From: a bacterium
GTDB taxonomy: Bacteria > JAGOBX01
DNA: 64,000 nucleotides
Assembly: GCA_029551925.1 (NCBI GenBank)
Contig: JAKPEO010000124.1
Location: 672 to 64,671 of the forward strand
Reading direction: 5' to 3'
Below are positions 40,271 through 50,402 of this stretch, one piece after another. The position numbers and the translations under genes were made by a program. The notes under the pieces were generated by a model. That model was not told where the DNA came from and made no database searches. It worked only from the letters and a program-made list of their open reading frames with translations. Every line of letters starts with the position of its first letter. Positions within the stretch are counted from its first letter, which is position 1.

Positions 40271-42430
40271 ATGGTTATTTTTAAAAAATTTACAATATTA
40301 ATATTAATTATGTTATGGCTGATTAATTCTGTTGAAGCCACGCAAACGCAATATAAATTATTTTCAAAAACAAATGATTATCTCACAGGTAAATTCGACG
40401 GCACAGCAATCGGAACAGACGGCAAATTAAAAGTATGGTATAAACTTAAAGAACAGCAAACTTCTCAAGAAATTATAAATAAAGAATTATGGGATATGCT
40501 GTATTTAGAAGACAAAAAAATAATCTATTCTACTGGAACCCCGGCGGCAATAATAGAATACGAAAGAGAAAAAGAAAAATTCATTTTAAAAAATAATTAT
40601 AAATTAGCGAATGATATTACAGCAGTATCAAAATTGTATTACGATGAAATTGATAAAAAAATATTGTATGCCGCTATTCCAAATGGCAATATTTACATTT
40701 ATCCAGACAAATTATTATGCAATCTGCCGAGTAATTATATTTATGATTTGATTAGAATTAATAATTATTACTATGCCGCTGGCACAAACGGCAGAATTTT
40801 CAGAATAGACGCGCAGACCGGTGCATTCAATGTATTTTATAAATTAAAAGATAAAAATGTTTTGACGCTTTCAAGATACAAACAATTTTTAATTGCCGGC
40901 GGCTCTAATACAGGGCTGTTATATTTAATATCATTATCTGATCCGAACAATAAATCGAAGGCATTAGAAAATTTCGGCAACGCGGAAATAAGAAAAATAT
41001 TAGTTACACAAGATAATAAAATTTACGCGGCGGTCAATTTTTTTTCAGGACAGCAAAAATCACAGCAGATGAATCAGCCGCAGACATTTTCAGAAGCCGA
41101 TGCTTCTGAAGTATTAGAAATGATAACAGAAAATTTCATGAACGAAATGGAAAGTGCAGCCGGCGAAGGCGATCCCAAAGCGCAGCAGTCCAAACGATCG
41201 ACGGGAATGCCGCCGATGTTCGCTCAGCAAATCAGGTCGTCTGCGCTATATTATGTAACAGAGCAGTCAAAAACATTAGTTGCAGAATTGAATAATGACG
41301 GCATTAATGATTTTACAATAGATAATGAACAGGTTATTTATATAGCCAGCAGCAGAAGAAACTATTTATATCGCATAATAGGTAAAGAATATGATATAGT
41401 CTATAAAACCAAAAACGGCGCTATTACTAAATTGTGTTTGAATAGTCAAAATAATTTGGCTATATTCGGCGCATCTAATCCAGCGGAATTTTTTGAAATT
41501 GATATGACTTTCAAAAGTGCGGAATATTTATCTGATATAATAGATTTGAATTATAAATCTTTTATTGGCAGACCTGAAATTGAAAATATTGGAGAAATCG
41601 AAATGCAATTGCGCGCCGGCAATACTTCTGCGCCTGACGAATTATGGAGCGAATGGCTAAATCCCTTCAAAACAGCGCAACAGCTAACCGGCAGATATTC
41701 ACAATTTCGTATTGTTTTAAAATCAAAAGATAGTGGTATTTCAAAAATAAATTTGCCATATAAACAATTTAATATTGCTCCTATATTAAAATCAGTAAAT
41801 ATTCAAGCTCAGCGTAAAAATCAAAGCGGCGGCGGCCGCGGCGGCGCTCAAAACAATAGACCGCCGTCTCCGCAAGAAATACAGGAACAAATGCAAAATC
41901 AAGACAACGATCCAAAAACAAATTATACTGTGCGTTGGTCTGCGGAAGATCCTAATAATGACAGATTAATTTATCATATTTATTATTTATACGAAAATGG
42001 CGATTGGATAAAATTTCCATTTGACAAACATTATACAAAAAATACATATAACTGGAATACCAATTTTTTTCCTGACGGCAGATATAGATTTAAAATTATT
42101 GCGTCTGACGAATTAGACAATCACGGCGAATATTTAACTGATGAAATAATTTCCGATTATGTGGTTATAGACAATACACCGCCGGAAATTTTGATTGTAA
42201 TTGATGACAAAAGCATAATTATCAATGCTATTGATAAATTGAACATTATCAAAAACTGCGAATATTCAGTTAACGGCGGCGATTGGAAAATGCTGCAGCC
42301 GCGCGATGGATTATTTGATTCAACTGCCGAAGTTTTTATTTTGTCGTTAAAAGGAATAAAAGGCACTGTGACATTTAGAATATCAGACGCAGATAATAAT
42401 ATCGGGTTAAAAAGCGTGATAGTTAGATAA
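40271..42430 (+). CDS. Secreted protein with beta-propeller (two-component regulator propeller-like) repeats, Q-rich linker, and C-terminal Y_Y_Y-like/Ig-like domains; no kinase domain
   Basis: Signal peptide; repeated G..G.IY.I blades; YHIYYLYENGDWIKF...YNWNTNFFPDGRYRFKIIASDELDNHGEY matches the Y_Y_Y pattern. Confidence 0.45.
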   Translation: MVIFKKFTILILIMLWLINSVEATQTQYKLFSKTNDYLTGKFDGTAIGTDGKLKVWYKLKEQQTSQEIINKELWDMLYLEDKKIIYSTGTPAAIIEYEREKEKFILKNNYKLANDITAVSKLYYDEIDKKILYAAIPNGNIYIYPDKLLCNLPSNYIYDLIRINNYYYAAGTNGRIFRIDAQTGAFNVFYKLKDKNVLTLSRYKQFLIAGGSNTGLLYLISLSDPNNKSKALENFGNAEIRKILVTQDNKIYAAVNFFSGQQKSQQMNQPQTFSEADASEVLEMITENFMNEMESAAGEGDPKAQQSKRSTGMPPMFAQQIRSSALYYVTEQSKTLVAELNNDGINDFTIDNEQVIYIASSRRNYLYRIIGKEYDIVYKTKNGAITKLCLNSQNNLAIFGASNPAEFFEIDMTFKSAEYLSDIIDLNYKSFIGRPEIENIGEIEMQLRAGNTSAPDELWSEWLNPFKTAQQLTGRYSQFRIVLKSKDSGISKINLPYKQFNIAPILKSVNIQAQRKNQSGGGRGGAQNNRPPSPQEIQEQMQNQDNDPKTNYTVRWSAEDPNNDRLIYHIYYLYENGDWIKFPFDKHYTKNTYNWNTNFFPDGRYRFKIIASDELDNHGEYLTDEIISDYVVIDNTPPEILIVIDDKSIIINAIDKLNIIKNCEYSVNGGDWKMLQPRDGLFDSTAEVFILSLKGIKGTVTFRISDADNNIGLKSVIVR

Positions 42431-42457
42431 TTTTTTTTAAAAGGCAGGCGATATATT

Positions 42458-44041
42458 TTGTATATTGTATCTTCTAATGAAATGCGAAAAATAGACGAAT
42501 ATACAATTAAAGAAATAGGAATACCTGCTATTGTTTTGATGGAGCAAGCTGCGCTAAAATGTTTTAAAATCATCAAAAAAAAAATTATTAAACAAAAATA
42601 CAAAAAAATAATTGCGATTTGCGGAACGGGCAATAACGGCGGCGACGGCTTGGCAATTTGCAGGCATGTGTATTTTTCAGGAATTACCGCTGAGATAATA
42701 TTAGTTGGCAGTATAAATAAATTAAGCGAATGCGCGCAGATTAATTACGATATTTTAAAAAAATTAGGTTTAGAAATTAAATATTATCCTGAAAAAATAA
42801 AATTTTCAAAAGATTATTTTGACGATTGTTTGGTTATAGACGCGTTGTTTGGCACAGGCATAAAAGGCAAATTTTCTAATGAGATTCAGGAATTAATAAA
42901 AAATATAAATTCTTCTAATTCTTATATAATTGCAATAGACTCGCCTTCGGGCTTAACTGACAACACAGAAAATATCCCTATTGCCGCGAATTTAACTTTA
43001 ACAATAGGATCATACAAAACCGCGTTTTTTAGCGACTGCGGAATAAAATCAACAGGCAAAATAAAATTAATAGAATTAAATTTTCCGCAGAGCGCATTTG
43101 ACAATTGCTTAAATGAAAATAAAATTTTTGTAAATAAAATAGAAAAAAAATTATTGTATAAATTATTGCCCGCTGAAAATAGTTGCAAAACGCGCAACAG
43201 CAAAATCACAATAATTGCCGGCTCTTATAAATATTCAGGCGCGGCGCAGTTAGCAATTAAATCTGCATTAAAATGCGGCGCTGGTTTGATTTATGCGTTA
43301 GTGCCAAAATCAATTGCTAATATTATAAAAACTAATATTCCAGAAGCGATTGTATTTGCGCTTGACGAATTAGACGGAGTTATTGCCGCTACTGAAAACA
43401 ACAAGAAAATCATTAATAATTTTTTAGACAAAAGCGATAGCGTCTTATTAGGCCCGGGCTTGACTGTCAGCGAACACGCAAAAAATATTTGCGAATATAT
43501 TATAAATTCGGCAAAATGCAGAGTTGTTATTGACGCTGACGGTTTGAATAATTTAGCAGAAAATTTAGAAATTTTAAATCAAAACAAATCTGCGAAATTT
43601 ATATTAACTCCGCATCCCGGCGAATTTGCGAAATTAATAAAATCAGAAGTTTGTCATATTCAAAACAACAGATTAGAATATTTAAAAAAAATCAGAATAT
43701 ATGACAATGTCGTTATTGTATTAAAAGGCAAGTATTCTATTATAGCGGACAATAAAAATAGATATGTAAATTTTTCAGGAAATTCGTTGCTTGCCGCTGC
43801 CGGCACAGGCGATGTATTAGCTGGAATGTTAGCGAGCATAACGGCAAAACTAAAAGACGATACTTTAATTGAAACTGTGAAATTATCAGTATTTCTGCAC
43901 GGATCAATATCTGATTTTTTAAAATTTAAAAAGAAAAAAATGACAATGTATGCAGGCGAATTAATCGAGAATTTTGACGATACTCTCGCTGAATTATTGA
44001 GTTTGAATTATGAGTATATTTGGTCGCTTATCCAAAAGTAA
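42458..44041 (+). CDS. nnr: Bifunctional NAD(P)H-hydrate repair enzyme (epimerase + ADP-dependent dehydratase)
   Basis: YjeF N-terminal-type half (GTGNNGGDGL) and C-terminal carbohydrate-kinase-like half (GTGDVLAGM). Apparent TTG start with an AAGGCAGG ribosome-binding site. Confidence 0.8.
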   Translation: MYIVSSNEMRKIDEYTIKEIGIPAIVLMEQAALKCFKIIKKKIIKQKYKKIIAICGTGNNGGDGLAICRHVYFSGITAEIILVGSINKLSECAQINYDILKKLGLEIKYYPEKIKFSKDYFDDCLVIDALFGTGIKGKFSNEIQELIKNINSSNSYIIAIDSPSGLTDNTENIPIAANLTLTIGSYKTAFFSDCGIKSTGKIKLIELNFPQSAFDNCLNENKIFVNKIEKKLLYKLLPAENSCKTRNSKITIIAGSYKYSGAAQLAIKSALKCGAGLIYALVPKSIANIIKTNIPEAIVFALDELDGVIAATENNKKIINNFLDKSDSVLLGPGLTVSEHAKNICEYIINSAKCRVVIDADGLNNLAENLEILNQNKSAKFILTPHPGEFAKLIKSEVCHIQNNRLEYLKKIRIYDNVVIVLKGKYSIIADNKNRYVNFSGNSLLAAAGTGDVLAGMLASITAKLKDDTLIETVKLSVFLHGSISDFLKFKKKKMTMYAGELIENFDDTLAELLSLNYEYIWSLIQK

Positions 44042-44504
44042 TTTCCATATTTTATTTATTAATCTTCTTATTATTTTCATCGCTTACAATTTTATGATGG
44101 ATTATTTAAAAAATGCTCCGATTACTCATCAAGAGATAAATGGTTTAAAATTTACATTAATTGGCGGCTTTAAAAAAAAAGAAGAAAAATTCTATTTTAA
44201 ATTAACAATAGTAAATAATACCAATTCTGACACGACGATCGTATTAGAAAAACCAATGCTGAAATTTATAATTGAACAAACTGAAAAAATACTATATGAA
44301 ACAGATTTCAGTCAAGATTATAATAATGCCGATACCGCGGTATTGCAATTAAAAAAAAAAGAAAAAATAGAATTTTTGAAAAATGTAAATTTGCAAAATC
44401 TGAAACTAACTAATGGCTCGTATAAATTAATCGCTTTATTATATAATCCGCAGCGCTATCAGATTATATCGTATTTTAAAATCGGCAAACAAAATTATTT
44501 ATAA
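44010..44504 (+). CDS. Small membrane-anchored hypothetical protein
   Basis: ORF with one N-terminal TM helix; overlaps the nnr 3' end by ~32 nt; no recognisable motifs. Confidence 0.3.
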   Translation: MSIFGRLSKSNFHILFINLLIIFIAYNFMMDYLKNAPITHQEINGLKFTLIGGFKKKEEKFYFKLTIVNNTNSDTTIVLEKPMLKFIIEQTEKILYETDFSQDYNNADTAVLQLKKKEKIEFLKNVNLQNLKLTNGSYKLIALLYNPQRYQIISYFKIGKQNYL

Positions 44505-46792
44505 TATTTTCTATTTCTTTTTTTGTTGTATCTGCGATTAAAGCAGCTATTGCAAATTGAAAAAGGAAAATCTAACGGAAGCGCTTTTCCGCATATCCCG
44601 CATTTTTTCATTAATGCTTGCGAACTTAAAATTTCAATAACTAAATCCACAGCTTTGCGTTTTTCACTTGCGCAAGTCGGCAGTTCTTTAAAGTTTTCCG
44701 GATATCTAAAATGCAGCCAATTATACAAATTGCAGACTTTAATGAAACTCTCCAATTCCTTCATATTTTCTACATCTGCAAAATTTTTATTGCCTAATTC
44801 TGAAATTTTCGGGGCAGGCACAACCAAATCTTCATTCAGCATCGCCACATAATTTTTATAGTATTCCATACCTAATTTATCTTTAATATCAACAGGCGCA
44901 ACCGCCAAATCAAACGCCTTATCTAAATTTTTTATCCTTTCCAAAAATTCGGTTTTATACAATAGTTCATCCATATCAGCAAGACAAAAAATATCGCTAT
45001 CAATAACAACATATTTTTTGAAATGCCGAAAAATTTTTCCGATATTTTGTTCGCCGGTAAGCGATGAAATTATTTTTATATGTTCGAGCGTCGGAATAAT
45101 ATTTGCGCGTTCAACTTCCGGCAGACTTGTTGAAAATGCTTTCTGGATATTTTCTAAATCTTTTGAGTTAAACGCTGAAACATAGCCAATATCTTCGCGC
45201 CCGTATCTGCCTGCGCGGCCGCCGATTTGCCTGATTTCAGAAGAGGTAAGCGGCACCACCTGCCGATTTATCATTTTTGCTGTTGTATAGAATATCACTC
45301 GCCGAATCGGCAAATTCAACCCCATCGCTATCGCATCAGTAGCTACTAAAATATCGGTTTCTTCTGAATTGAATCTGCGCGATTCTTCGCGCCGCACTTC
45401 CGGCGGCAACCCGCCGTAAATAACAGACACTTTATACCCGCGTTTTTCAATATCGTATTTTATTTGTAAAACCTCGCGCCGCGAAAATGCCACTATGCAA
45501 TCTTTGCGCTGTAATTCGTGAAATGATACTGGCTTGCGTTCTACTTGAAGTTTAGTTAATCTATTGAGTTTTATTACTTTTAGCGGTTCGTCTAATAATT
45601 TTGTAATTTTTTCTACGAGTTTTAAAGCGTTCGGACTGCCTGTAAGAATTATATGTTTAGCTGGCGCGCCTAAAAGCGCTTGAGACCAAGCCCAGCCGCG
45701 TTGTGCGTCGCCTAATAATTGTATTTCATCTATAACCGCGACATCTATTTCTTCATTTAGATTTATCATTTCTATTGTTGACGATAAATGCGTTGCGCCT
45801 TCAATAAAATCTTGCTCTTCGCCGGTAAGATACGAACATACGACACCGCGTTTTTTTTGCTCTTCCTGACCTTCGAGCGCTAATAATCTTAACGGCGCTA
45901 AATACAAACCATTATTGGCTTTTGATAATATATTATGCGCTAAATATGTTTTGCCGCTGCAAGTCTCGCCCATATAAAATGTTATCTTGCGTTTTAAACG
46001 CCGCGCTAATACAAAAAAATCGTGATATGTATGAATATTAATTGATTGATTGATTAATTTCCGTATTTCTTTTTCTTTTATCTGTTTTATATTTTTTGTC
46101 TTGCGTTCAATATCTTCGGCTTTTTGCTGGCTATATTTAGGATGATAGGTCTTGATAATTTTCTCTATCGCTAAAAATGGATTGCGTTCAGCGTATCTTA
46201 TTAAATAATCATAGTCCTTATTCGCTTGCGTTTCATCACCGTTATTTAATCCTATTAGTTTTTTTGTTAATAGCGCATTTCGCACAACTGAATATAAAGC
46301 AATAAATTTGTCGCATTCTTCACCCCAATATTTGATAAATTTGCGATTTTTCTGGACATTAGCTAAATCAAACGGACCGCGCAAAATTTTGCGCAATTCG
46401 TTTAATAATCTGCTTTCTAATCTGTCAGTATAATCTAAAATTGTTAGTTTTTCATAATTTATCCGCTGCAAAAATTTTTTTATTTTATTATTGAATTCTA
46501 TTCTTCGTTTTTCGTATAATTTTTGTTTTATCTCTTTTATTAATTGTTTTTTTGATGAAATTAATGTTTGACAAATATCGCAATTGCATTCAGGCGACGG
46601 TTCAGCCCAATATTCATAAACCGCTTCTAAATCTTCGGTAATATAATAATTATATGTCTGTCTGTGAATTGTTAAAAGTTCGTCGTATTTTTCTAAATCT
46701 TCACTTTTATGAGTATTGTAATAATTTTCAATTATTTTTTTTTCTTGATTGTCAATTATGTTTAGTATTTTATATATTTCTGAAAGTTCCAC
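44495..46792 (-). CDS. Suv3-like superfamily-2 helicase with N-terminal ~270-aa Cys-containing domain and C-terminal zinc-ribbon tail
   Basis: Walker A GETCSGKT, DEIQ box, ATDAIAMGLN, QIGGRAGR motifs resembling Suv3/SUPV3L1; C-terminal CGICGK...CNSC. Confidence 0.65.
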   Translation of the reverse strand: MELSEIYKILNIIDNQEKKIIENYYNTHKSEDLEKYDELLTIHRQTYNYYITEDLEAVYEYWAEPSPECNCDICQTLISSKKQLIKEIKQKLYEKRRIEFNNKIKKFLQRINYEKLTILDYTDRLESRLLNELRKILRGPFDLANVQKNRKFIKYWGEECDKFIALYSVVRNALLTKKLIGLNNGDETQANKDYDYLIRYAERNPFLAIEKIIKTYHPKYSQQKAEDIERKTKNIKQIKEKEIRKLINQSINIHTYHDFFVLARRLKRKITFYMGETCSGKTYLAHNILSKANNGLYLAPLRLLALEGQEEQKKRGVVCSYLTGEEQDFIEGATHLSSTIEMINLNEEIDVAVIDEIQLLGDAQRGWAWSQALLGAPAKHIILTGSPNALKLVEKITKLLDEPLKVIKLNRLTKLQVERKPVSFHELQRKDCIVAFSRREVLQIKYDIEKRGYKVSVIYGGLPPEVRREESRRFNSEETDILVATDAIAMGLNLPIRRVIFYTTAKMINRQVVPLTSSEIRQIGGRAGRYGREDIGYVSAFNSKDLENIQKAFSTSLPEVERANIIPTLEHIKIISSLTGEQNIGKIFRHFKKYVVIDSDIFCLADMDELLYKTEFLERIKNLDKAFDLAVAPVDIKDKLGMEYYKNYVAMLNEDLVVPAPKISELGNKNFADVENMKELESFIKVCNLYNWLHFRYPENFKELPTCASEKRKAVDLVIEILSSQALMKKCGICGKALPLDFPFSICNSCFNRRYNKKRNRKYYK

Positions 46793-46804
46793 TATTTTTT
46801 GCCT

Positions 46805-47425
46805 TTAATAAGTTGAGCCTAATCTATAACCCAAAAAACCCTTTTCATCTTTAAATAATTCTAATAATATCCAGCCCTCTTTTAATAATTTATTAGCGTT
46901 TTCTAAATTATAAGTAGTTTCGATTTTCTTGATTTTACTTAGGTCTGGTTTGTTTTTTAAAATGTTAATGATTTCGTCTAATTTGCTATTTAAATTCCGC
47001 AGTTCTATCAATTCTTCGGATACTTTTGTTTCTTTTTTTGGTTCTGTTTTATTTTCTTTTTTTTCGATTAATTCTTCTTTTTTTTTCGCGGTTATTTGAG
47101 ATTTGAAATTTTCGATTTTGTCTTGCGGAGCAATTATCACATTTTCGCTTTTATTTTTTGGCAATTCTTTTGACTGCTGTTTTTTATCAGACGCTGATGG
47201 CGCAAGCGGCTCGTCTATTTTTTTTCTCGGTTCTTCTTCAAAAAAATAATCGATATCTATTTTAAAATAATCGGCAATTTTTGATAACACAGCATTAGTC
47301 GGACGATTCAAATCCTTTTCCCAAAATTTTATTTTTTCTTCGCTGACTCCGATAATTTCAGCAAGCTGCATTTCGCTTAAATCTTGACTAAATCTTAATG
47401 CTTTAATTTTTAGACCTATACTCAT
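46805..47425 (-). CDS. XRE-family helix-turn-helix protein with K/E-rich linker and small C-terminal domain
   Basis: MSIGLKIKALRFSQDLSEMQLAEIIGVSEEKIKFWE HTH_XRE pattern; no TM. Confidence 0.6.
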   Translation of the reverse strand: MSIGLKIKALRFSQDLSEMQLAEIIGVSEEKIKFWEKDLNRPTNAVLSKIADYFKIDIDYFFEEEPRKKIDEPLAPSASDKKQQSKELPKNKSENVIIAPQDKIENFKSQITAKKKEELIEKKENKTEPKKETKVSEELIELRNLNSKLDEIINILKNKPDLSKIKKIETTYNLENANKLLKEGWILLELFKDEKGFLGYRLGSTY

Positions 47426-48264
47426 TTTTCTTTCACCTGCCGAATTTTTAAAATTAAAATAATAGCGAATATAAAAACAAATAAACTTACTATTTGCGAA
47501 AAAGTCAAGACATCATTGAAAATATATGTTTGATCCGGCTCTCTAAAAAATTCAATAATAAAGCGCCATATAGAATAAAATAAAATATAAAGAACAAACA
47601 ACTCGCCATTTTTCTTTTTGAATTTTTTATCATAAAAAAATAAAAATAATGCCAAAATAATTAAAAATATCGCTTCCATTAATTGCGTAGCATAGACAGG
47701 CGCTGAAAATTTATCATAAACAGAAATTATATTTAATACTCTATGTTTGATAAAAGCCGGCGCAGGCTCTGGAAATTGCACGGCAAAAATTGACGAGGCA
47801 TCACAGATTTTACCATAGCAGCAGCCGAAACTAAAACAGCCGAGCCGCCCGAAAAAATGACCAATAGCCAGTCCGGGCGCAATACAATCGAGCGCATCGC
47901 GAATTTCTATTTGAAATTTGCGACATAATAAAATACCTGTTATTATACCGAATATTATTCCGCCGTAAAATACTAATCCGCCATTGTATATTTTAAAAAT
48001 ATCTATCCAATTATCCTCAAATTCTGATAAATTCACTAATACATAATTCAAGCGCGCACCGATTATTCCAAGTATCGCGGAATAAAATATTATATCTGAT
48101 AATTTTTCTTTATTTATATTGTATGACTTCGCTCTGATAAAAGCAGTTATAAATAACGCTATAAAACCGAGCGCTGCTAATACGCCAAAAGTATATATTG
48201 TTAGTTCATTTCCGAAAATCGGAATATTTATCGGGAGATATATTTTAAATATTATCGGATACAT
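47422..48264 (-). CDS. lgt: Prolipoprotein diacylglyceryl transferase
   Basis: Lgt signature region GRLGCF.FGCCYGK and membrane topology. Confidence 0.85.
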   Translation of the reverse strand: MYPIIFKIYLPINIPIFGNELTIYTFGVLAALGFIALFITAFIRAKSYNINKEKLSDIIFYSAILGIIGARLNYVLVNLSEFEDNWIDIFKIYNGGLVFYGGIIFGIITGILLCRKFQIEIRDALDCIAPGLAIGHFFGRLGCFSFGCCYGKICDASSIFAVQFPEPAPAFIKHRVLNIISVYDKFSAPVYATQLMEAIFLIILALFLFFYDKKFKKKNGELFVLYILFYSIWRFIIEFFREPDQTYIFNDVLTFSQIVSLFVFIFAIILILKIRQVKEK

Positions 48265-48817
48265 TTTTATCTTCTTTGCTTTTTGCGTCAGTATCTTTTT
48301 CTTCTGAATCTTTGAAATCTAACATTGTATCAATGCACAATAAAACTACGCCGCAGCTAATCAGCGAATCAGCCAAATTAAAAGCAGGCCAGCGATCTAA
48401 ATAATAGCCGCTAAATTCTATTCCTAAAATTTTAAACGGAGCAATTGATATATTGAAAAAATCAATATCAATAAAATCTACAACATACCCGTAAAATATT
48501 CTATCAATAAAATTTCCAAATGCTCCTGTGATTATTCCTAAGAATGCTAATTTTATTAATAAATTTTTGTTCTCGGTTTTGTAAAATATAAATAATAAAA
48601 TTATTATCGCCAAAGGAATGATATAAGAAAATATTTCGCCGAACTCTTGAAACATACCAAAAGCAATACCAGTATTTCTGATATAAGTAATTTTGAAAAA
48701 TTCGCCTAATATATTTTTTGATTCGCCTAACTCAAAATTTTTATGAATGTATAATTTAGAAATAGCGTCTAAAACTAATAAAATTAGCCCGCTGATTAAC
48801 CAATATATTTTTTTCAT
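48245..48817 (-). CDS. lspA: Lipoprotein signal peptidase II
   Basis: FNLADSLISCGVVLL and conserved Asn/Asp motifs. Confidence 0.85.
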   Translation of the reverse strand: MKKIYWLISGLILLVLDAISKLYIHKNFELGESKNILGEFFKITYIRNTGIAFGMFQEFGEIFSYIIPLAIIILLFIFYKTENKNLLIKLAFLGIITGAFGNFIDRIFYGYVVDFIDIDFFNISIAPFKILGIEFSGYYLDRWPAFNLADSLISCGVVLLCIDTMLDFKDSEEKDTDAKSKEDKNVSDNI

Positions 48818-48819
48818 TT

Positions 48820-49773
48820 TTAATCTGCTTTCAGTTTTTCTCTTGATAATTTTATCGTTATTGTATATGCTTTTGCCGGCGTGCCGTCGTCATTGAATTT
48901 TGTTATTATATCAGAAATCATTATATTCATATTTTGTATATCGTCAGAGATTTTTGGAAATACAATAAAGCCATTTTCAATAGCATTTGGATAAATGTAT
49001 TTATTTTTAAACATTAAATTTTCCGGAAAATTATGCTTAAATTTATATTCTTGTATGTTGCTGACTCTATTGACGGTATTTGTCACATCAGATACTGAGA
49101 CATTAAATAAACTTAATTTGCCGGCAGGCGTAGCTGAAATCGCTTCCGTTAAATACGATATACCAGCATATCTGAATACAGGCATAAATATTCTTTTAAA
49201 AAAACTGATTTTATATTTTTCTTTGAATGTGTAATGTAGATTATATTTTTTTAATTCTTCATAAGACAATGTATTGTATTGTCTTCCGTTTTCATCTACT
49301 ATTACGCAATAATTACATATATCAAATAAAATTTTATTTTGATTGTTGTTTTTTACACTGAAATAAAACGGAGTAAGATTAGTTTCATAAAAATATCTTT
49401 TTTCTTGCGTTTGCAAGCGGCTGCTGTTGATTTGTTCTATTTCATCGCTATTTATTTTTTTGTGTTCTTCGCTGGTTATATTTTCTGTGTTTAAAAAATA
49501 AAATGGCACAGTTTTATATCCTTTTTCTGAAAATATTTTTTTTTCCTGCACTATCATTGAAAAATTATCTTTTAAAAATTCAAAATTTGCGAATTTGAAT
49601 AAAATAATTATGCCGTCTAACTCTACTTTATAACTTTTTGTGATTTCATCGAATTGCGCTTCTATTGGTATTATATTATATGATTGTTTATATTCAGGCG
49701 CTATTATTTTTTTTGAAACGCAAGAAAAAAATATAAACGCGCTTATTATTATTAAAAATCTTAAATTATTCAT
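48820..49773 (-). CDS. Lipoprotein of unknown function
   Basis: Signal peptide with lipobox FFSC; no recognisable domain. Confidence 0.4.
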   Translation of the reverse strand: MNNLRFLIIISAFIFFSCVSKKIIAPEYKQSYNIIPIEAQFDEITKSYKVELDGIIILFKFANFEFLKDNFSMIVQEKKIFSEKGYKTVPFYFLNTENITSEEHKKINSDEIEQINSSRLQTQEKRYFYETNLTPFYFSVKNNNQNKILFDICNYCVIVDENGRQYNTLSYEELKKYNLHYTFKEKYKISFFKRIFMPVFRYAGISYLTEAISATPAGKLSLFNVSVSDVTNTVNRVSNIQEYKFKHNFPENLMFKNKYIYPNAIENGFIVFPKISDDIQNMNIMISDIITKFNDDGTPAKAYTITIKLSREKLKAD

Positions 49774-50396
49774 TTTCTTTTAGATTTCTTTTTGTATAAA
49801 ATAGGATTGAGCGTCGGGTCATTATACATTTTCATTTGTCTGTAAATTTTATGAATTAGTTCGCCTTTTAATATTTTTTCTAATGTTGTATTTATTGCTT
49901 GCGCTAAATCGACGCGCTGAATTTTTAAAATTTTTAATTTATCACTGCATTTTTTTTTATGATCGGCGGCGGCGTTTTTACGCAAAGTTTCAAGCGCCAT
50001 ATGATAAATTTTTAACGATATTATCGTTAATCTATCAAGCGCCGCGCCTAATGTTTCTGTCGGCGAATAACTATTTTTTTTCGGTTTGATTTTTTTGTTC
50101 GCAAGTTCATTGAATATATAAATGTCTATTATCTCTATCGTGTCATTGCGCAATTGATTTTCTTTATCTATTTTTCTTTTAACATTCGCTATTATTTCGT
50201 CTGATACATCGACAGCCCGTGCTTCGTCTTCTAAATGCCACAGCGTATAATTATGAAATAACAATTTTATTACTAAATTTTCTAATTCGTTTTTTGTATT
50301 ATTTGTTAATTTAATTTTGTTTTGAGAATGCCAATTTTTTATTAATTTGTCAAATAAATTTATTAGTTTTTCAGCATTAAACATAATTTTATCCAA
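49770..50396 (-). CDS. Uncharacterised conserved protein (DUF4254-like, LWHLEDEAR motif)
   Basis: ~200-aa soluble protein; family assignment from memory of the motif only. Confidence 0.35.
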   Translation of the reverse strand: MDKIMFNAEKLINLFDKLIKNWHSQNKIKLTNNTKNELENLVIKLLFHNYTLWHLEDEARAVDVSDEIIANVKRKIDKENQLRNDTIEIIDIYIFNELANKKIKPKKNSYSPTETLGAALDRLTIISLKIYHMALETLRKNAAADHKKKCSDKLKILKIQRVDLAQAINTTLEKILKGELIHKIYRQMKMYNDPTLNPILYKKKSKRK

Positions 50397-50402
50397 TTAA
50401 TT

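Noticed and set aside
42458-42481. Internal ATG (MRKIDEY...) as the nnr start instead of the TTG at 42458
   Set aside because: The conserved NnrE N-terminal ...S..EMR..D... motif places this Met inside the domain. The TTG is preceded by an AAGGCAGG ribosome-binding site at proper spacing.
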